Position numbers and translations under genes: made by a program
In this document: positions 1 through 10,353 of the stretch, piece after piece
How the letters are laid out: each line of letters begins with the position of its first letter
Position numbering within the stretch: the stretch's first letter is position 1
Notes under the pieces: generated by a model
Database searches by the model: none
Told to the model about the DNA's origin: nothing
Seen by the model: only the letters and a program-made list of their open reading frames with translations
NCBI GenBank assembly: GCA_902619105.1
Contig: CACNCV010000002.1
Location: 172,436-236,435, forward strand
Direction of reading: 5' to 3'
Source: an uncultured Pelagibacteraceae bacterium
GTDB lineage: Bacteria; Pseudomonadota; Alphaproteobacteria; Pelagibacterales; AG-422-B15
DNA length: 64,000 nt

Positions 1-1429
1 AAGGATCTGAATTATTGAGAGCTTCTAATCCACCTTGTGGCATTGAGAAAGGATTATGACTAAAATCAATTTTTCCAGTTTCTTTGTCCTTTTCATACAT
101 GGGAAAATCGACTATCCAACAAAACTTAAATACTCCCTTTTCAATTAGATCCAGATCTATTGCAATTTTATCTCTGGCTGCAGCAGCAATATCATAAACT
201 TCTTTTCCTTTAGCGCATGCAAAGAAAATTGAATCTCCGGCCTTAAGACCTGCTTTGTTTAATATCATTTCTTGAATTTCAGAGGGGATAAATTTTGCAA
301 TAGGCCCCTTTCCTTCTACGCCAGAAGAGTTTTTATCAAAAACAATATAACCTAAACCAGCAGCATTCATTTCTTTTCTTGCCCAATTATTAAGATTATC
401 AAAAAAACTTCTAGGTTTTTGACTCGAGTCAGGTGCTGGTATTCCAATAACCTCACCCCCCTCTTCAATGATTTTTTTAAATGCACTAAATTCAACTTTG
501 TCATCATTAAATTCCTTAGTTAAATTAGAAATATTTATTGGATTTCTAAGGTCAGGTTTGTCTGTTCCATACCTGCTCATAGCATCGGCATATGTAATTC
601 TTGGAAAAGGTATTTCTGTAACGTTAAAATCAGAAAAAGTTGTAAATACAGAATATAAAATGGGTTCAATGGCGTTAAATACATCGTCTTGCTCAACAAA
701 TGCCATTTCCATATCTAATTGATAAAATTCGCCAGGACTTCTATCTGCTCTTGCGTCTTCATCTCTAAAACAAGGGGCTATTTGAAAATATTTATCGAAT
801 CCTCCTGCCATAATTAATTGCTTAAATTGCTGTGGGGCTTGAGGAAGTGCGTAAAATTTTCCTGGATGAATCCTGCTTGGTACCAAGTAATCTCTAGCCC
901 CTTCTGGACTAGAAGCTGTAAGTATTGGTGTTTGCATTTCTAAAAAACCGGCGTCAGACATGAGCTTTCTAATGTGGGAAATAATCGAGGATCTTAGAAC
1001 AATATTTTTATGCAATTCCTCTCTTCGAATATCAAGAAATCTATACTTCAATCTAATTTCTTCTGGATAGTCGTTTTCTCCAAAAACTGGCATAGGCAAC
1101 TCCTTTGCCTCAGATAATACTTCTACATTATCAACTGCAATTTCAATGGTCCCTGTATTTAGAGATTTATTAATAGTATCAGGCTCTCTTTTTATAACGG
1201 TACCATCAATTTTAATAACGGTCTCAACTCTTAAGCTGTCTACTAAGTTTAGCAATTTAGTATTTGTTTTCTCAATTACACATTGAGTAACGCCATAATG
1301 ATCCCTTAAGTCAACAAATAGTACATTACCGTGATCTCTTTTTCTATTTATCCACCCAGCTAATGATACTTTAGAACCATCATCTTCTAATCTAAGCTGG
1401 TTACAATTGTGCGTTCTATATTTATTCAT
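1..1429 (-). CDS. aspS: Aspartyl-tRNA synthetase (partial, runs off window start)
   Basis: Read manually on the minus strand from the ATG at 1429: MNKYRTHNCNQL..., then RDHYGVTQ, GARDYLVPSR, FYALPQAPQQFKQL and CFRDEDARADRSPGEFYQLD. Not in the ORF track because it has no stop in the window. Confidence 0.97.
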   Translation of the reverse strand, partial: MNKYRTHNCNQLRLEDDGSKVSLAGWINRKRDHGNVLFVDLRDHYGVTQCVIEKTNTKLLNLVDSLRVETVIKIDGTVIKREPDTINKSLNTGTIEIAVDNVEVLSEAKELPMPVFGENDYPEEIRLKYRFLDIRREELHKNIVLRSSIISHIRKLMSDAGFLEMQTPILTASSPEGARDYLVPSRIHPGKFYALPQAPQQFKQLIMAGGFDKYFQIAPCFRDEDARADRSPGEFYQLDMEMAFVEQDDVFNAIEPILYSVFTTFSDFNVTEIPFPRITYADAMSRYGTDKPDLRNPINISNLTKEFNDDKVEFSAFKKIIEEGGEVIGIPAPDSSQKPRSFFDNLNNWARKEMNAAGLGYIVFDKNSSGVEGKGPIAKFIPSEIQEMILNKAGLKAGDSIFFACAKGKEVYDIAAAARDKIAIDLDLIEKGVFKFCWIVDFPMYEKDKETGKIDFSHNPFSMPQGGLEALNNSDP

Positions 1430-1462
1430 ACTTTTAATTAAGGATCATATATAGTTTGATTT

Positions 1463-2296
1463 ATGAAAATAGTCCAAGATAATAAATCCCTCGAGAAGCT
1501 ATGTAAATTATTGAATAAGTATAAAATTATCTTCCTAGATACCGAATTCAAAAGAGATAATACATATTGGCCAATTTTATGCACTATTCAAATTAAAACT
1601 CAAAGAAAAGAATTCTTAATTGATATGTTATCAGGGGAAAAAATGAACTTTGAAAATTTTAGAAGAATACTCACATCAAAAAAGATATTGAAAGTTATCC
1701 ACTCTGCTCGACAAGATATCGAAGTATTAAATTATGCTTTTGAAATTAGTGTTGTGAATGTTTTTGATACTCAAATTGCTTATAATTCAATTTATGGGGG
1801 ACAAACAATTGGATATACTAGTTTAGTAGAAAAACTATTCAAAATAAAACTTTCAAAAAAACATCAAGTTTCTGATTGGACTAAGAGACCTTTATCATCC
1901 GAGCAAATTAATTATGCAATTAACGATGTGTATTATTTGCCTAAAATTTACGTGAACTTATTGCAAGAAATCAAAAAAAGAAATTTCGTAAAAAGAATAA
2001 AAAAAATAATCGAAGACCAATTAGATACCAAAGATGTCTACAACACTAAAAAATCCTATAAAAGAATAAAAATCAAAAATTTTTCAAAAAATGAAAAAAA
2101 ACTAATTAAAAGATTTTCAGAATGGAGAGAAAATTATGCCCAAAAAGATGACCTTCCTCGTAATTGGATTGTTTCCGATAAAAATCTTATAAGAGCAAGT
2201 AAAAATAGGCTGGGAGAATTAAAAAAAGGTAAAAATAAAAATGATCAACGTTTAGAAGTTTTTGAGAGTTATGTTAAGTCATTATGTCTCGAATGA
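1463..2296 (+). CDS. rnd: Ribonuclease D (DEDDy exonuclease plus one HRDC-like domain; short form)
   Basis: Motifs LDTEF, HSARQDIE, DTQIA, SDWTKRPLS and YAINDV. Confidence 0.92.
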   Translation: MKIVQDNKSLEKLCKLLNKYKIIFLDTEFKRDNTYWPILCTIQIKTQRKEFLIDMLSGEKMNFENFRRILTSKKILKVIHSARQDIEVLNYAFEISVVNVFDTQIAYNSIYGGQTIGYTSLVEKLFKIKLSKKHQVSDWTKRPLSSEQINYAINDVYYLPKIYVNLLQEIKKRNFVKRIKKIIEDQLDTKDVYNTKKSYKRIKIKNFSKNEKKLIKRFSEWRENYAQKDDLPRNWIVSDKNLIRASKNRLGELKKGKNKNDQRLEVFESYVKSLCLE

Positions 2297-2921
2297 GATG
2301 TGTTGTTATTTTTGATTTTCTTTGCAAGGATAGAATATTAATTTTTTCAAGAATATTATATAATTTTTGATAATCACGATCTACCCTCTTTAATAAATAT
2401 TCAATTACATTTTTGTCAACTTGAACTTGGGCATTACTAAAATATTTCATGATTATGGCTTTTAAGAGATCATCTTCTGGATTTTCGATTTTAGATGAAG
2501 TAAAGGATTTAAACCTTGAATTTAAGTCTTTTAGTTTGATTTCAAAATTTGAATTTATATCAACCGTTACTAAAATTGTTTTCTTTTCTAAAATTAAACT
2601 ATTATAAAAATGAAAAAAACCCTCTTCATCTTTTAAATTATGAAAATCATCAATTGCTATATTGGTATTAAATGAAATGTTATTCCAGCTTTGCACATCA
2701 AGGCAATTAATTAAATTAGCATTGTTATAGCCTGACCATATATTTAAAAGATGTGTTTTACCTGATTTTTTTTGCCCAAATATTACAGCTGATCTATTAA
2801 ACCAGTCCTGTGGAGATTTTAGTAAAGTTGAAACATTAAAATTACTTTTACTAATATAAAAATCCTCAGGTTCATAAGTTTCTATATTTTTTAAATTAAA
2901 GATTAATTGTCCTTTTTCCAT
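2274..2921 (-). CDS. hdaA: DnaA regulatory inactivator HdaA / DnaA-family AAA+ protein
   Basis: Walker A GQKKSGKTHLL, IDDF, DLNSRF and PEDDLL; usual position near purM. Confidence 0.8.
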   Translation of the reverse strand: MEKGQLIFNLKNIETYEPEDFYISKSNFNVSTLLKSPQDWFNRSAVIFGQKKSGKTHLLNIWSGYNNANLINCLDVQSWNNISFNTNIAIDDFHNLKDEEGFFHFYNSLILEKKTILVTVDINSNFEIKLKDLNSRFKSFTSSKIENPEDDLLKAIIMKYFSNAQVQVDKNVIEYLLKRVDRDYQKLYNILEKINILSLQRKSKITTHLIRDIMT

Positions 2922-3467
2922 TTAGTTTATGTTTTTAAACCAGTAACTTATATAATTTATTAAAGATAATAGAGTACATATCAATACAACAGTAATTAAT
3001 ACTTCGTTTAACATTAATGTAGTGAAATATTTCTCATATCCGTTGATATTGCTAAGCATGGTCATAATAACAAGACAAAACTGAAAGAATGTATTTAATT
3101 TACTGATTTTAGTTGGATTAACCTCAATTTTTTTACCAGCCAAAAAAGTGACTACAAATGATCCCAAAATGATTATATCTCTTGAAATTATTATTATGAT
3201 TATGAATACAGGTAACAGTTTGAGATTTCCAATGAGTATAAAAATCGAAATTACGAATGCTTTATCAGCAATTGCATCTAAATATGAACCTAGTTCACTT
3301 TGAACTTTAAAATATCTTGCGATAAATCCATCTAAAAAATCACTTACAGCAATTAAAAGAGTAAATAAAGCCGCGTAACTATATAATTCCTCCAAAAGAA
3401 ACCACGCAACAAATGGAATAGTAACTAAACGGTAAATTGATATAAAATTTGGTAAATTTTTAATCAT
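2922..3467 (-). CDS. CDP-alcohol phosphatidyltransferase family protein
   Basis: Signature SDFLDGFIAR...LGSYLDAIADK; N-terminal LPNFISIYRL; hydrophobic. Confidence 0.9.
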   Translation of the reverse strand: MIKNLPNFISIYRLVTIPFVAWFLLEELYSYAALFTLLIAVSDFLDGFIARYFKVQSELGSYLDAIADKAFVISIFILIGNLKLLPVFIIIIIISRDIIILGSFVVTFLAGKKIEVNPTKISKLNTFFQFCLVIMTMLSNINGYEKYFTTLMLNEVLITVVLICTLLSLINYISYWFKNIN

Positions 3468-4539
3468 CTAAAGAAATTCTATAATATGGTCCAAGATTTA
3501 CTGCATTAATTTTATTTTGAGAGAGCAGAAGAACAAACTTATCTCCATTTCCTAAAAAATCCACGTACCCCTCAACCTTATCCGTAGTAAATAAAGATGG
3601 CTTATATTGTTCCAAAAGCCTTACTGATTGCAGTCGATTTTGTAACTCAACCCAATCAGAAATGTTTTCGATATCGTATACAAACTTAAATCTGTAAACC
3701 TCATCAGATTGTTTTGTTAGATCAATCCACGTAAGTAAAAGTTCATTTTTTATATCCTCAATTAATGGTGAAAAAATATCATCCCTAAATAAAGAATAAT
3801 CAGTCAAATAACTCTTTCTAATTATCTTTTCTTTTTGATTCAAATTAAACTTTATTATTAAATCAAATCTAAGCTCATTTAATTTTTCATAAATAGGGCT
3901 ACACCATATTAGTATTACGTCATTTTCATCATTTAAATTATTTCCTTCTATGTCTTTATTTTCCAAAAAATTAGATAAATCGGTATTGCCAATTTCAGTC
4001 TGTGAAAAGGTCTTTACATCTAGGTTTATTTTATTACCTATATTTTTAATTTTTTTCCATTCGGTGTTCCACAAATTAAATAGAATAAAAAATTGATTAG
4101 AATTAGAAAATGCTACATTAACTGTGATATTTTGAGAACTTACCTCAGAAAATGTTAAGGAATTCGATTTGTAAAATTCTTTGATACGGAACGGACTAAA
4201 ATATATATTAAACTCGCCAAGGTAAGTTTCTCTTGAAATTTTTTCATCAACAAACTCAATACTTTCTACGAAATAAGAAATATCAATATCTTTTAATTTG
4301 CTTAATTTTTTATAATCCTCTGGCGTAAGAAGTTTTACTGATACTCTTTTAAAGGCAATTTCTTCAGCTTTAGATATAGCAGTATTTCTAATGTCAGTCT
4401 CATTTGAAAAAGATAAATTTACCGTTATGCCAGATGATGAAAAAAAATCTACATTTTCATTAGCAAGACAGGAATTAATAAAAGCAAATAAAAAAACAAT
4501 CACGAAGCTTATTTGCTTAGTATTGGTATTAAAAATCAT
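3460..4539 (-). CDS. Exported protein, DUF2066-like
   Basis: Signal peptide, 'RNTAISKAEEIAFKRV' segment, and the conserved position divergent from purM. Confidence 0.6.
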   Translation of the reverse strand: MIFNTNTKQISFVIVFLFAFINSCLANENVDFFSSSGITVNLSFSNETDIRNTAISKAEEIAFKRVSVKLLTPEDYKKLSKLKDIDISYFVESIEFVDEKISRETYLGEFNIYFSPFRIKEFYKSNSLTFSEVSSQNITVNVAFSNSNQFFILFNLWNTEWKKIKNIGNKINLDVKTFSQTEIGNTDLSNFLENKDIEGNNLNDENDVILIWCSPIYEKLNELRFDLIIKFNLNQKEKIIRKSYLTDYSLFRDDIFSPLIEDIKNELLLTWIDLTKQSDEVYRFKFVYDIENISDWVELQNRLQSVRLLEQYKPSLFTTDKVEGYVDFLGNGDKFVLLLSQNKINAVNLGPYYRISLDD

Positions 4540-4554
4540 ATATAAGAAATCTAA

Positions 4555-5598
4555 ATGAAGAAGCTATCATACTCAAGTTCAGGCGTAAGCATAAATAAAG
4601 GAAATAAATTTGTATCTGAAATTAAAAAAATAATTCGTAAAGATAAAAATCTTAAAAAATCCAATATTGGTGGTTTTTCTGGTCAATTTGTTCTTGATTC
4701 AAAAATTAAAAAACCGATTCTTGTTGGTGCAACCGATGGAGTTGGGACAAAAATTGAGATTGCCCGTATGATGAGAGACCATAAGACAATTGGCATTGAC
4801 TTAGTTGCCATGTGCGTGAATGACTTAATAGTTGATCAGGCTAAACCTCTTTTTTTCTTAGACTATATTTCAACTGGTAAATTAGACATATCTAAAGGTA
4901 AAGAAATTATAGGGGGTATTATTAAGGGATGTAAAATGTCTAATTGTTCACTGCTAGGTGGAGAAACAGCCGAACATCCAGAAGTTGATTCAAATGATAA
5001 GTATGATCTTGCTGGATTTTGTGTAGGAGTTAAGAGTGGAGTTGCCAAAGCAAGTCCAAAATTAAAAGAAAATGATATTATTGTAGGAATTTCATCATCA
5101 GGTCTTCACTCTAATGGATATTCTCTTGTTAGAAAGATAATCAAAGATAACAAAATAAAATTAAATAAGAAGATAGAAAAAAATAAAACCATTGGTGAAC
5201 TACTACTCAAGCCTACAGAGATATACGTAGGTCCAATACTTGAAATGTACACAAAAAAAATAATAAAAACATGCGCTCATATTACAGGTGGAGGAATAAC
5301 AGAAAATTTACCAAGATCACTAAATAAAAATGTTTCTGCAAAAATAAATTTAGAAACCTTTAATTTGCCAATAATATTTAAATGGATACAAAGTTTTGGG
5401 GTATCACAAAATGAAATGTTAAAAACATTTAATTGCGGATATGGTATGATAGTAATCTTAGATAGAACAAAGTTTAATCAATTTGAAAAATCAATTAAGA
5501 AACACAAACTTAAATACAGTATAATTGGCAATTTAGTGAATTCAAAAAAAATAAATAAAAAAGTTAGTTATATTGGTAAATTAAATTTTAATGATTAA
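4555..5598 (+). CDS. purM: Phosphoribosylformylglycinamidine cyclo-ligase
   Basis: TDGVGTK, DLVAMCVNDL, GGETAE, SSGLHSNGYSLVR, HITGGG, FNCGYGM. Confidence 0.98.
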   Translation: MKKLSYSSSGVSINKGNKFVSEIKKIIRKDKNLKKSNIGGFSGQFVLDSKIKKPILVGATDGVGTKIEIARMMRDHKTIGIDLVAMCVNDLIVDQAKPLFFLDYISTGKLDISKGKEIIGGIIKGCKMSNCSLLGGETAEHPEVDSNDKYDLAGFCVGVKSGVAKASPKLKENDIIVGISSSGLHSNGYSLVRKIIKDNKIKLNKKIEKNKTIGELLLKPTEIYVGPILEMYTKKIIKTCAHITGGGITENLPRSLNKNVSAKINLETFNLPIIFKWIQSFGVSQNEMLKTFNCGYGMIVILDRTKFNQFEKSIKKHKLKYSIIGNLVNSKKINKKVSYIGKLNFND

Positions 5599-6163
5599 GC
5601 ATCCCATAGGTATCTTTATATCTGGACGTGGTTCAAATTTAAAATCGATTTTAGATGCATGTAAAGAAAAAGAATATCCAGCAGAAATAAAAGTTGTTTT
5701 TTCAAATAATAAGAATGCTCCCGGCTTAAGTTTTGCAAAAGATAATAATTTAGAAGCAATCACATTAGACTACCATAATTTTAAAAATACTGAAGAATAT
5801 GAAGAAAAGATTATCAGTCTATTAAAACCTTATGACCTTGAACTAATTTGTTTAGCAGGATATATGAAAATATTATCAAAAAAATTAATTGATCATTATC
5901 CTAATAAAATTATAAACATACATCCTTCATTACTACCTAAATATAAAGGGCTCAATACTCACCAACGTGTTCTAGAAAATAATGAAACTAAGACAGGTTG
6001 TACAGTGCACTATGTAAATCAAGAAATGGATGGAGGGAAGATTATTCTTCAGAGAGAAGTAGAGATTAGTGCAGAGGATACAGAAACCTCAGTTTCTAAG
6101 AAGGTCTTAAAAGAAGAACATATTATTTATCCCAAAGCCATCAAGTTGGTGCTTACGAAATAA
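5591..6163 (+). CDS. purN: Phosphoribosylglycinamide formyltransferase
   Basis: [42 protein letters not shown]. Confidence 0.98.
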   Translation: MIKHPIGIFISGRGSNLKSILDACKEKEYPAEIKVVFSNNKNAPGLSFAKDNNLEAITLDYHNFKNTEEYEEKIISLLKPYDLELICLAGYMKILSKKLIDHYPNKIINIHPSLLPKYKGLNTHQRVLENNETKTGCTVHYVNQEMDGGKIILQREVEISAEDTETSVSKKVLKEEHIIYPKAIKLVLTK

Positions 6164-6575
6164 TGTCTGCCTCATCAAAAAAATGATTTATCTCGATTTC
6201 AGCATTTTCAGGGCTATCTGATCCATGTACAGAATTTTTTTCTAGAGACAAAGCGTATTTTTTTCTAATCGTTCCCTCAGCAGCTTCCTCTGGATTAGTT
6301 GCTCCCATTACTTCTCTATTCCTTTGAACTGCATTTTCTCCTTCAAGAACCTGAACCACTATTGGACCTGAGCACATAAAATCACACAGGCTATGAAAAA
6401 AAGGCTTGTCAGAATGTACTCCATAAAAAGAGGCTGCTTTATTTTGGTCTAATTGAATCCTTTTAGAAGCAACAATTTTTAGGCCGGCAGACTCGAGCAT
6501 AGCTGTTATTTCACCAATCTTATTACGCTCAACAGCATCAGGCTTAATTATTGAAAAAGTTCTCTCAATTGCCAT
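6153..6575 (-). CDS. ndk: Nucleoside diphosphate kinase
   Basis: [29 protein letters not shown]. Confidence 0.99.
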   Translation of the reverse strand: MAIERTFSIIKPDAVERNKIGEITAMLESAGLKIVASKRIQLDQNKAASFYGVHSDKPFFHSLCDFMCSGPIVVQVLEGENAVQRNREVMGATNPEEAAEGTIRKKYALSLEKNSVHGSDSPENAEIEINHFFDEADIIS

Positions 6576-8095
6576 TATTTGCCCTCATAATATTTTGAGA
6601 CAAATCTATTTAGAAGCTTCACACCAAAAGCTGTTGCTCCCTTTGGTGAAGTAGGCAAAGGTTGCTTAGTCCAAGTAGTTCCAGCGATATCGAGATGTGC
6701 CCAAGGAACTTTATTTACAAATCTTTGCAAGAATTGTGCTGCTGTAATAGAGCCTGGACCTCTTCCATTTGTAATATTTTGCATATCTGCAATAGGTGAA
6801 TTTAACATTTTGTCATACCTATCGTTTAGGGGAAGTCTCCATAATTTTTCTCCTTCAACATCCCCAGCTTCCGCTAGCTGCTTGCTTAGTTTATCGTTGT
6901 TTGAAAAAAGTCCTGCATATTCATCTCCTAATGCAACGATTATAGCTCCAGTTAATGTTGCAAGGTCAACCATAAGCTCTGGTTTATATTGTTCTTGAGT
7001 GTACCATAGTGCATCAGCAAGGACCAATCTTCCTTCTGCGTCTGTATTTAAAACTTCGATCGTTTGGCCAGAATAAGATTTAACTACATCACTCGGCCTT
7101 TGGGCTTTACTGCCAATATGATTCTCAACTAAACCAACAACACCGATCACATTAGCCTTTGCTTTTCTTAGCGCAAGGGCTTTCATTAACCCAATTACAA
7201 CTCCGGAACCTCCCATGTCATATTTCATTTCTTCCATGCCATTTGAAGGTTTTAATGATACGCCTCCAGTGTCAAATGAAACACCTTTGCCAATAAATGC
7301 TATTGGCTTTTTTTTCTTATTACGAGCACCATTCCACTTCATAATAACCAATTGTGACTCATGTATGCTGCCTTGGCCGACACCTAATAAAGATCCCATT
7401 CCAAGTTTTTTCATTTCTTTTTCGCCTAACACTTTTACATCAACTCCATATTCATTGAGAGATTTTGCATATTCAGCAATTTTTGGCGGTGTCATTACAT
7501 TTGGAGGTTCAGTAACTAAGTTTCTTGTGAGTGTGACACCCTCATGTATAGCTTTTACACCTTCATAATTTTTCATAAGTCTAGTGTGCAGCGATGAACA
7601 GACTTTTATTCTTTTCTTTTTAATTTTATTTTTGATTTTTTTGTCATCTTTTTTCGAAAAGTACTTAGTAAAGCTGTATGATGCTAATGACATTCCAAGA
7701 ATCATTTCACTTATAGCATTTAATGAGCCTACTTTTAATGAAGAAATTCCGTCAGGATAAATAATTACATTGCTTTCCTTATAGAATTTAATGAGAGAAT
7801 TTAAGTAACCTCCTAAGATCTGAAAATCTCTTATTTGATAATCCTTAAAATTTTTTAATTTAAATACAAATAATTTTGCAAGCTTTAAATTTGCCGGCTG
7901 ATGAATTATTGAGTAATCAAAATTTTTAGAGTTTCTTTCCTGAAATGATGTATCTGATTTGATGATATTTGATATATACTTCTTTGATTGTTGATCAAGC
8001 TTTTTTCCATATCCTATAAGCCGACACTTATTGTCACAAAATATCAGCCCTGTAGCATCTTTTTCTTGTCTTAAATTATTAAATTGAATATCCAT
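6575..8095 (-). CDS. pepA: Leucyl aminopeptidase (M17)
   Basis: [33 protein letters not shown]. Confidence 0.98.
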   Translation of the reverse strand: MDIQFNNLRQEKDATGLIFCDNKCRLIGYGKKLDQQSKKYISNIIKSDTSFQERNSKNFDYSIIHQPANLKLAKLFVFKLKNFKDYQIRDFQILGGYLNSLIKFYKESNVIIYPDGISSLKVGSLNAISEMILGMSLASYSFTKYFSKKDDKKIKNKIKKKRIKVCSSLHTRLMKNYEGVKAIHEGVTLTRNLVTEPPNVMTPPKIAEYAKSLNEYGVDVKVLGEKEMKKLGMGSLLGVGQGSIHESQLVIMKWNGARNKKKKPIAFIGKGVSFDTGGVSLKPSNGMEEMKYDMGGSGVVIGLMKALALRKAKANVIGVVGLVENHIGSKAQRPSDVVKSYSGQTIEVLNTDAEGRLVLADALWYTQEQYKPELMVDLATLTGAIIVALGDEYAGLFSNNDKLSKQLAEAGDVEGEKLWRLPLNDRYDKMLNSPIADMQNITNGRGPGSITAAQFLQRFVNKVPWAHLDIAGTTWTKQPLPTSPKGATAFGVKLLNRFVSKYYEGK

Positions 8096-8135
8096 ACATA
8101 TATACCTTTAGCAAAATATTGATATAATTGAGAAA

Positions 8136-9254
8136 ATGTCAAGATTTACAACATATGCGATTAAAGAAATCTCTTCAAGTTTTTTGTTACTATTAGTCCT
8201 TTTAAGTGGCATTTTATGGTTGGGTCAAGGATTAAGGCATATTGAATTATTAACATCTGATAATGTTTCATTCATATCTTATCTTTCTTACATTGTTCTC
8301 TTACTGCCAAAAATATTACTAATAACAATACCAATTTGTATTTTTTTATCGGTTCTGTTTAATTTGAACAGATTGCGTAATGATAGTGAGCTAATAATTT
8401 TATGGGCTTCGGGCAAATCTCATCATGAAGTCCTAATTAAGCCATTAATGTATATTTCTATAATTATTTATTTATTCTCAATGATACTGAGTATTTATAT
8501 TACACCAATATCACTTAATGAAATAAGACATAAAATAATTGATATTAGATCCTCTGGAATACATTCATCAATATTGAAAGAAAAAAAATTTATATCTCCA
8601 GTCGATACTTTGACAATTTTCTTACAAGAAAGAAATGGAAATGAAATAAATGGATTATTGATTCATGATCTTACAAATTCAGATAAGCCACAAACATATA
8701 TTGCACAAAATGGAGAATTTATAGATTTTGAGAATAAAAAAATTTTAAGACTTTTCAATGGAAATATTCAAATTTATGATAGTGATGAAAATAGAATATC
8801 TGAGATCGGATTTGAAACTTACGATTTGTATCTGACGCCATATAATAAAGAAGAGAATAAACACATCTACTCAGATGAATTATACACATTTCAGATAATA
8901 AAAAACTTAAATAATAAAAAACTAAATAATTTTAATAAATACGAAAGAGAGCAATTTGCAGAGCTTCATAAAAGGATATCGAGCCCTCTTTATATATTTG
9001 TTTTTTCCTTTATACCGCTAATTATTTTAAAATTTTCAAAAAAACCAGGAGATGATTTTCTTTACCCTATTGCAATTGTATCTGCCATTGCTTTTATTTT
9101 CCAAATTACTCAGATTACTTTCTCAAATATGCTAGTGGAACAGAGTAAGTTAGTTTATGTTACTTATACATTACCGATATTATTCCTCACCTTAATATTA
9201 TTTTTTATTTTTTTTGATAGAACAAGACTGAAAGAAAATGTAAATGTTAAATAA
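8136..9254 (+). CDS. lptF: LPS export ABC permease LptF
   Basis: YjgP/YjgQ topology (3 TM, periplasmic domain, 3 TM), DSELIILWASG, ELHKRIS; divergent from pepA. Confidence 0.9.
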   Translation: MSRFTTYAIKEISSSFLLLLVLLSGILWLGQGLRHIELLTSDNVSFISYLSYIVLLLPKILLITIPICIFLSVLFNLNRLRNDSELIILWASGKSHHEVLIKPLMYISIIIYLFSMILSIYITPISLNEIRHKIIDIRSSGIHSSILKEKKFISPVDTLTIFLQERNGNEINGLLIHDLTNSDKPQTYIAQNGEFIDFENKKILRLFNGNIQIYDSDENRISEIGFETYDLYLTPYNKEENKHIYSDELYTFQIIKNLNNKKLNNFNKYEREQFAELHKRISSPLYIFVFSFIPLIILKFSKKPGDDFLYPIAIVSAIAFIFQITQITFSNMLVEQSKLVYVTYTLPILFLTLILFFIFFDRTRLKENVNVK

Positions 9255-10353
9255 AATAAATATATACGTACTAAAAAGATTTTTTTACTCTTTCCTTATA
9301 ACTCTTATTGTATTAGCGGCTTTACTATTTATAGGAGACTTTGTAGAACAATTTAGGAAAGCTGCGGGTAAGAATATATCAATTAACATTATATTTCAAC
9401 TTACTGCCCTAAATTTTTCCAATTTAATTTATTTTACTCTGCCATTAATTGCTTTCAGTGGATCAATTATGGCTTTTATCATTTTAATTAAAGGTTCAGA
9501 AAAGATAATTATTAATTCAATTGGCATATCGAACTTCAAAATTGCTCTGCCAGCTATTTTTTTATACATGCTTCTTGGTATTTTTTTTATAGCTGTTGCC
9601 AATCCATTAATTGCAATTTTTGACAAAAGATACAGTGAATTAGAATACAAGTTTATTGATCGTGTTGATAAGTTTGCGTCAATTACCAAAAATGGTCTTT
9701 GGTTAATGCAAGAAAACTCTAGTACTGATTTACATAGCGTTTTATTCGCTCAAAACATTAAGGATCAGGGAAAATATTTAATAGATTTTATGATACTTGA
9801 ATATGATCAAAACGGATCCTATCAAGGAAGGCTTGACGGCACTTCAGCTAAACTGAGTGATGGTTATTGGCACATGAAAAATACTCAAATTTCTCCAAAA
9901 TTTGGAGACTCCACTTTCAAAAAAGAATATTTTTATAAAACTAATATAAAACCTGAGGATATAACAGATAGTCTCTCCTCACCAACAAGTATATCTATAT
10001 GGAGGTTAGTAAAATTTATAAATTTCCTAGAAGGCCTTGGTTACTCAGCTATTGATTTTAAACTTCACCTGTATGATTTAATCTTTTTACCGTTTTTATT
10101 GGCTTCACTTGTTCTTTTGGCATCATCTTTAACAAAAAACCTTAAACAAAATGATAAATTAACTAAAACAATAATGTATTCACTAATTGTAATTTTTGTT
10201 GTTTACTTTTTCTCAAACCTATTTGATGCTTTGGGTTCTACCTCTCAAATACATCCTATTGCATCGAAGGGACTTTTACCTATTTTGATAACCTGCCTGT
10301 CAATTCTGATCTATCAAATGGAAAATCTAAAACAAATTAATAAATATGAATAA
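9244..10353 (+). CDS. lptG: LPS export ABC permease LptG
   Basis: Paralog of the preceding gene; SEKIIINSIGIS, SISIWRL...GYSA. Confidence 0.88.
   Translation: MLNKINIYVLKRFFYSFLITLIVLAALLFIGDFVEQFRKAAGKNISINIIFQLTALNFSNLIYFTLPLIAFSGSIMAFIILIKGSEKIIINSIGISNFKIALPAIFLYMLLGIFFIAVANPLIAIFDKRYSELEYKFIDRVDKFASITKNGLWLMQENSSTDLHSVLFAQNIKDQGKYLIDFMILEYDQNGSYQGRLDGTSAKLSDGYWHMKNTQISPKFGDSTFKKEYFYKTNIKPEDITDSLSSPTSISIWRLVKFINFLEGLGYSAIDFKLHLYDLIFLPFLLASLVLLASSLTKNLKQNDKLTKTIMYSLIVIFVVYFFSNLFDALGSTSQIHPIASKGLLPILITCLSILIYQMENLKQINKYE

Noticed and set aside
468-722. 84-aa plus-strand ORF in the track
   Set aside because: It is antisense to aspS, which the track missed because aspS is truncated by the window edge
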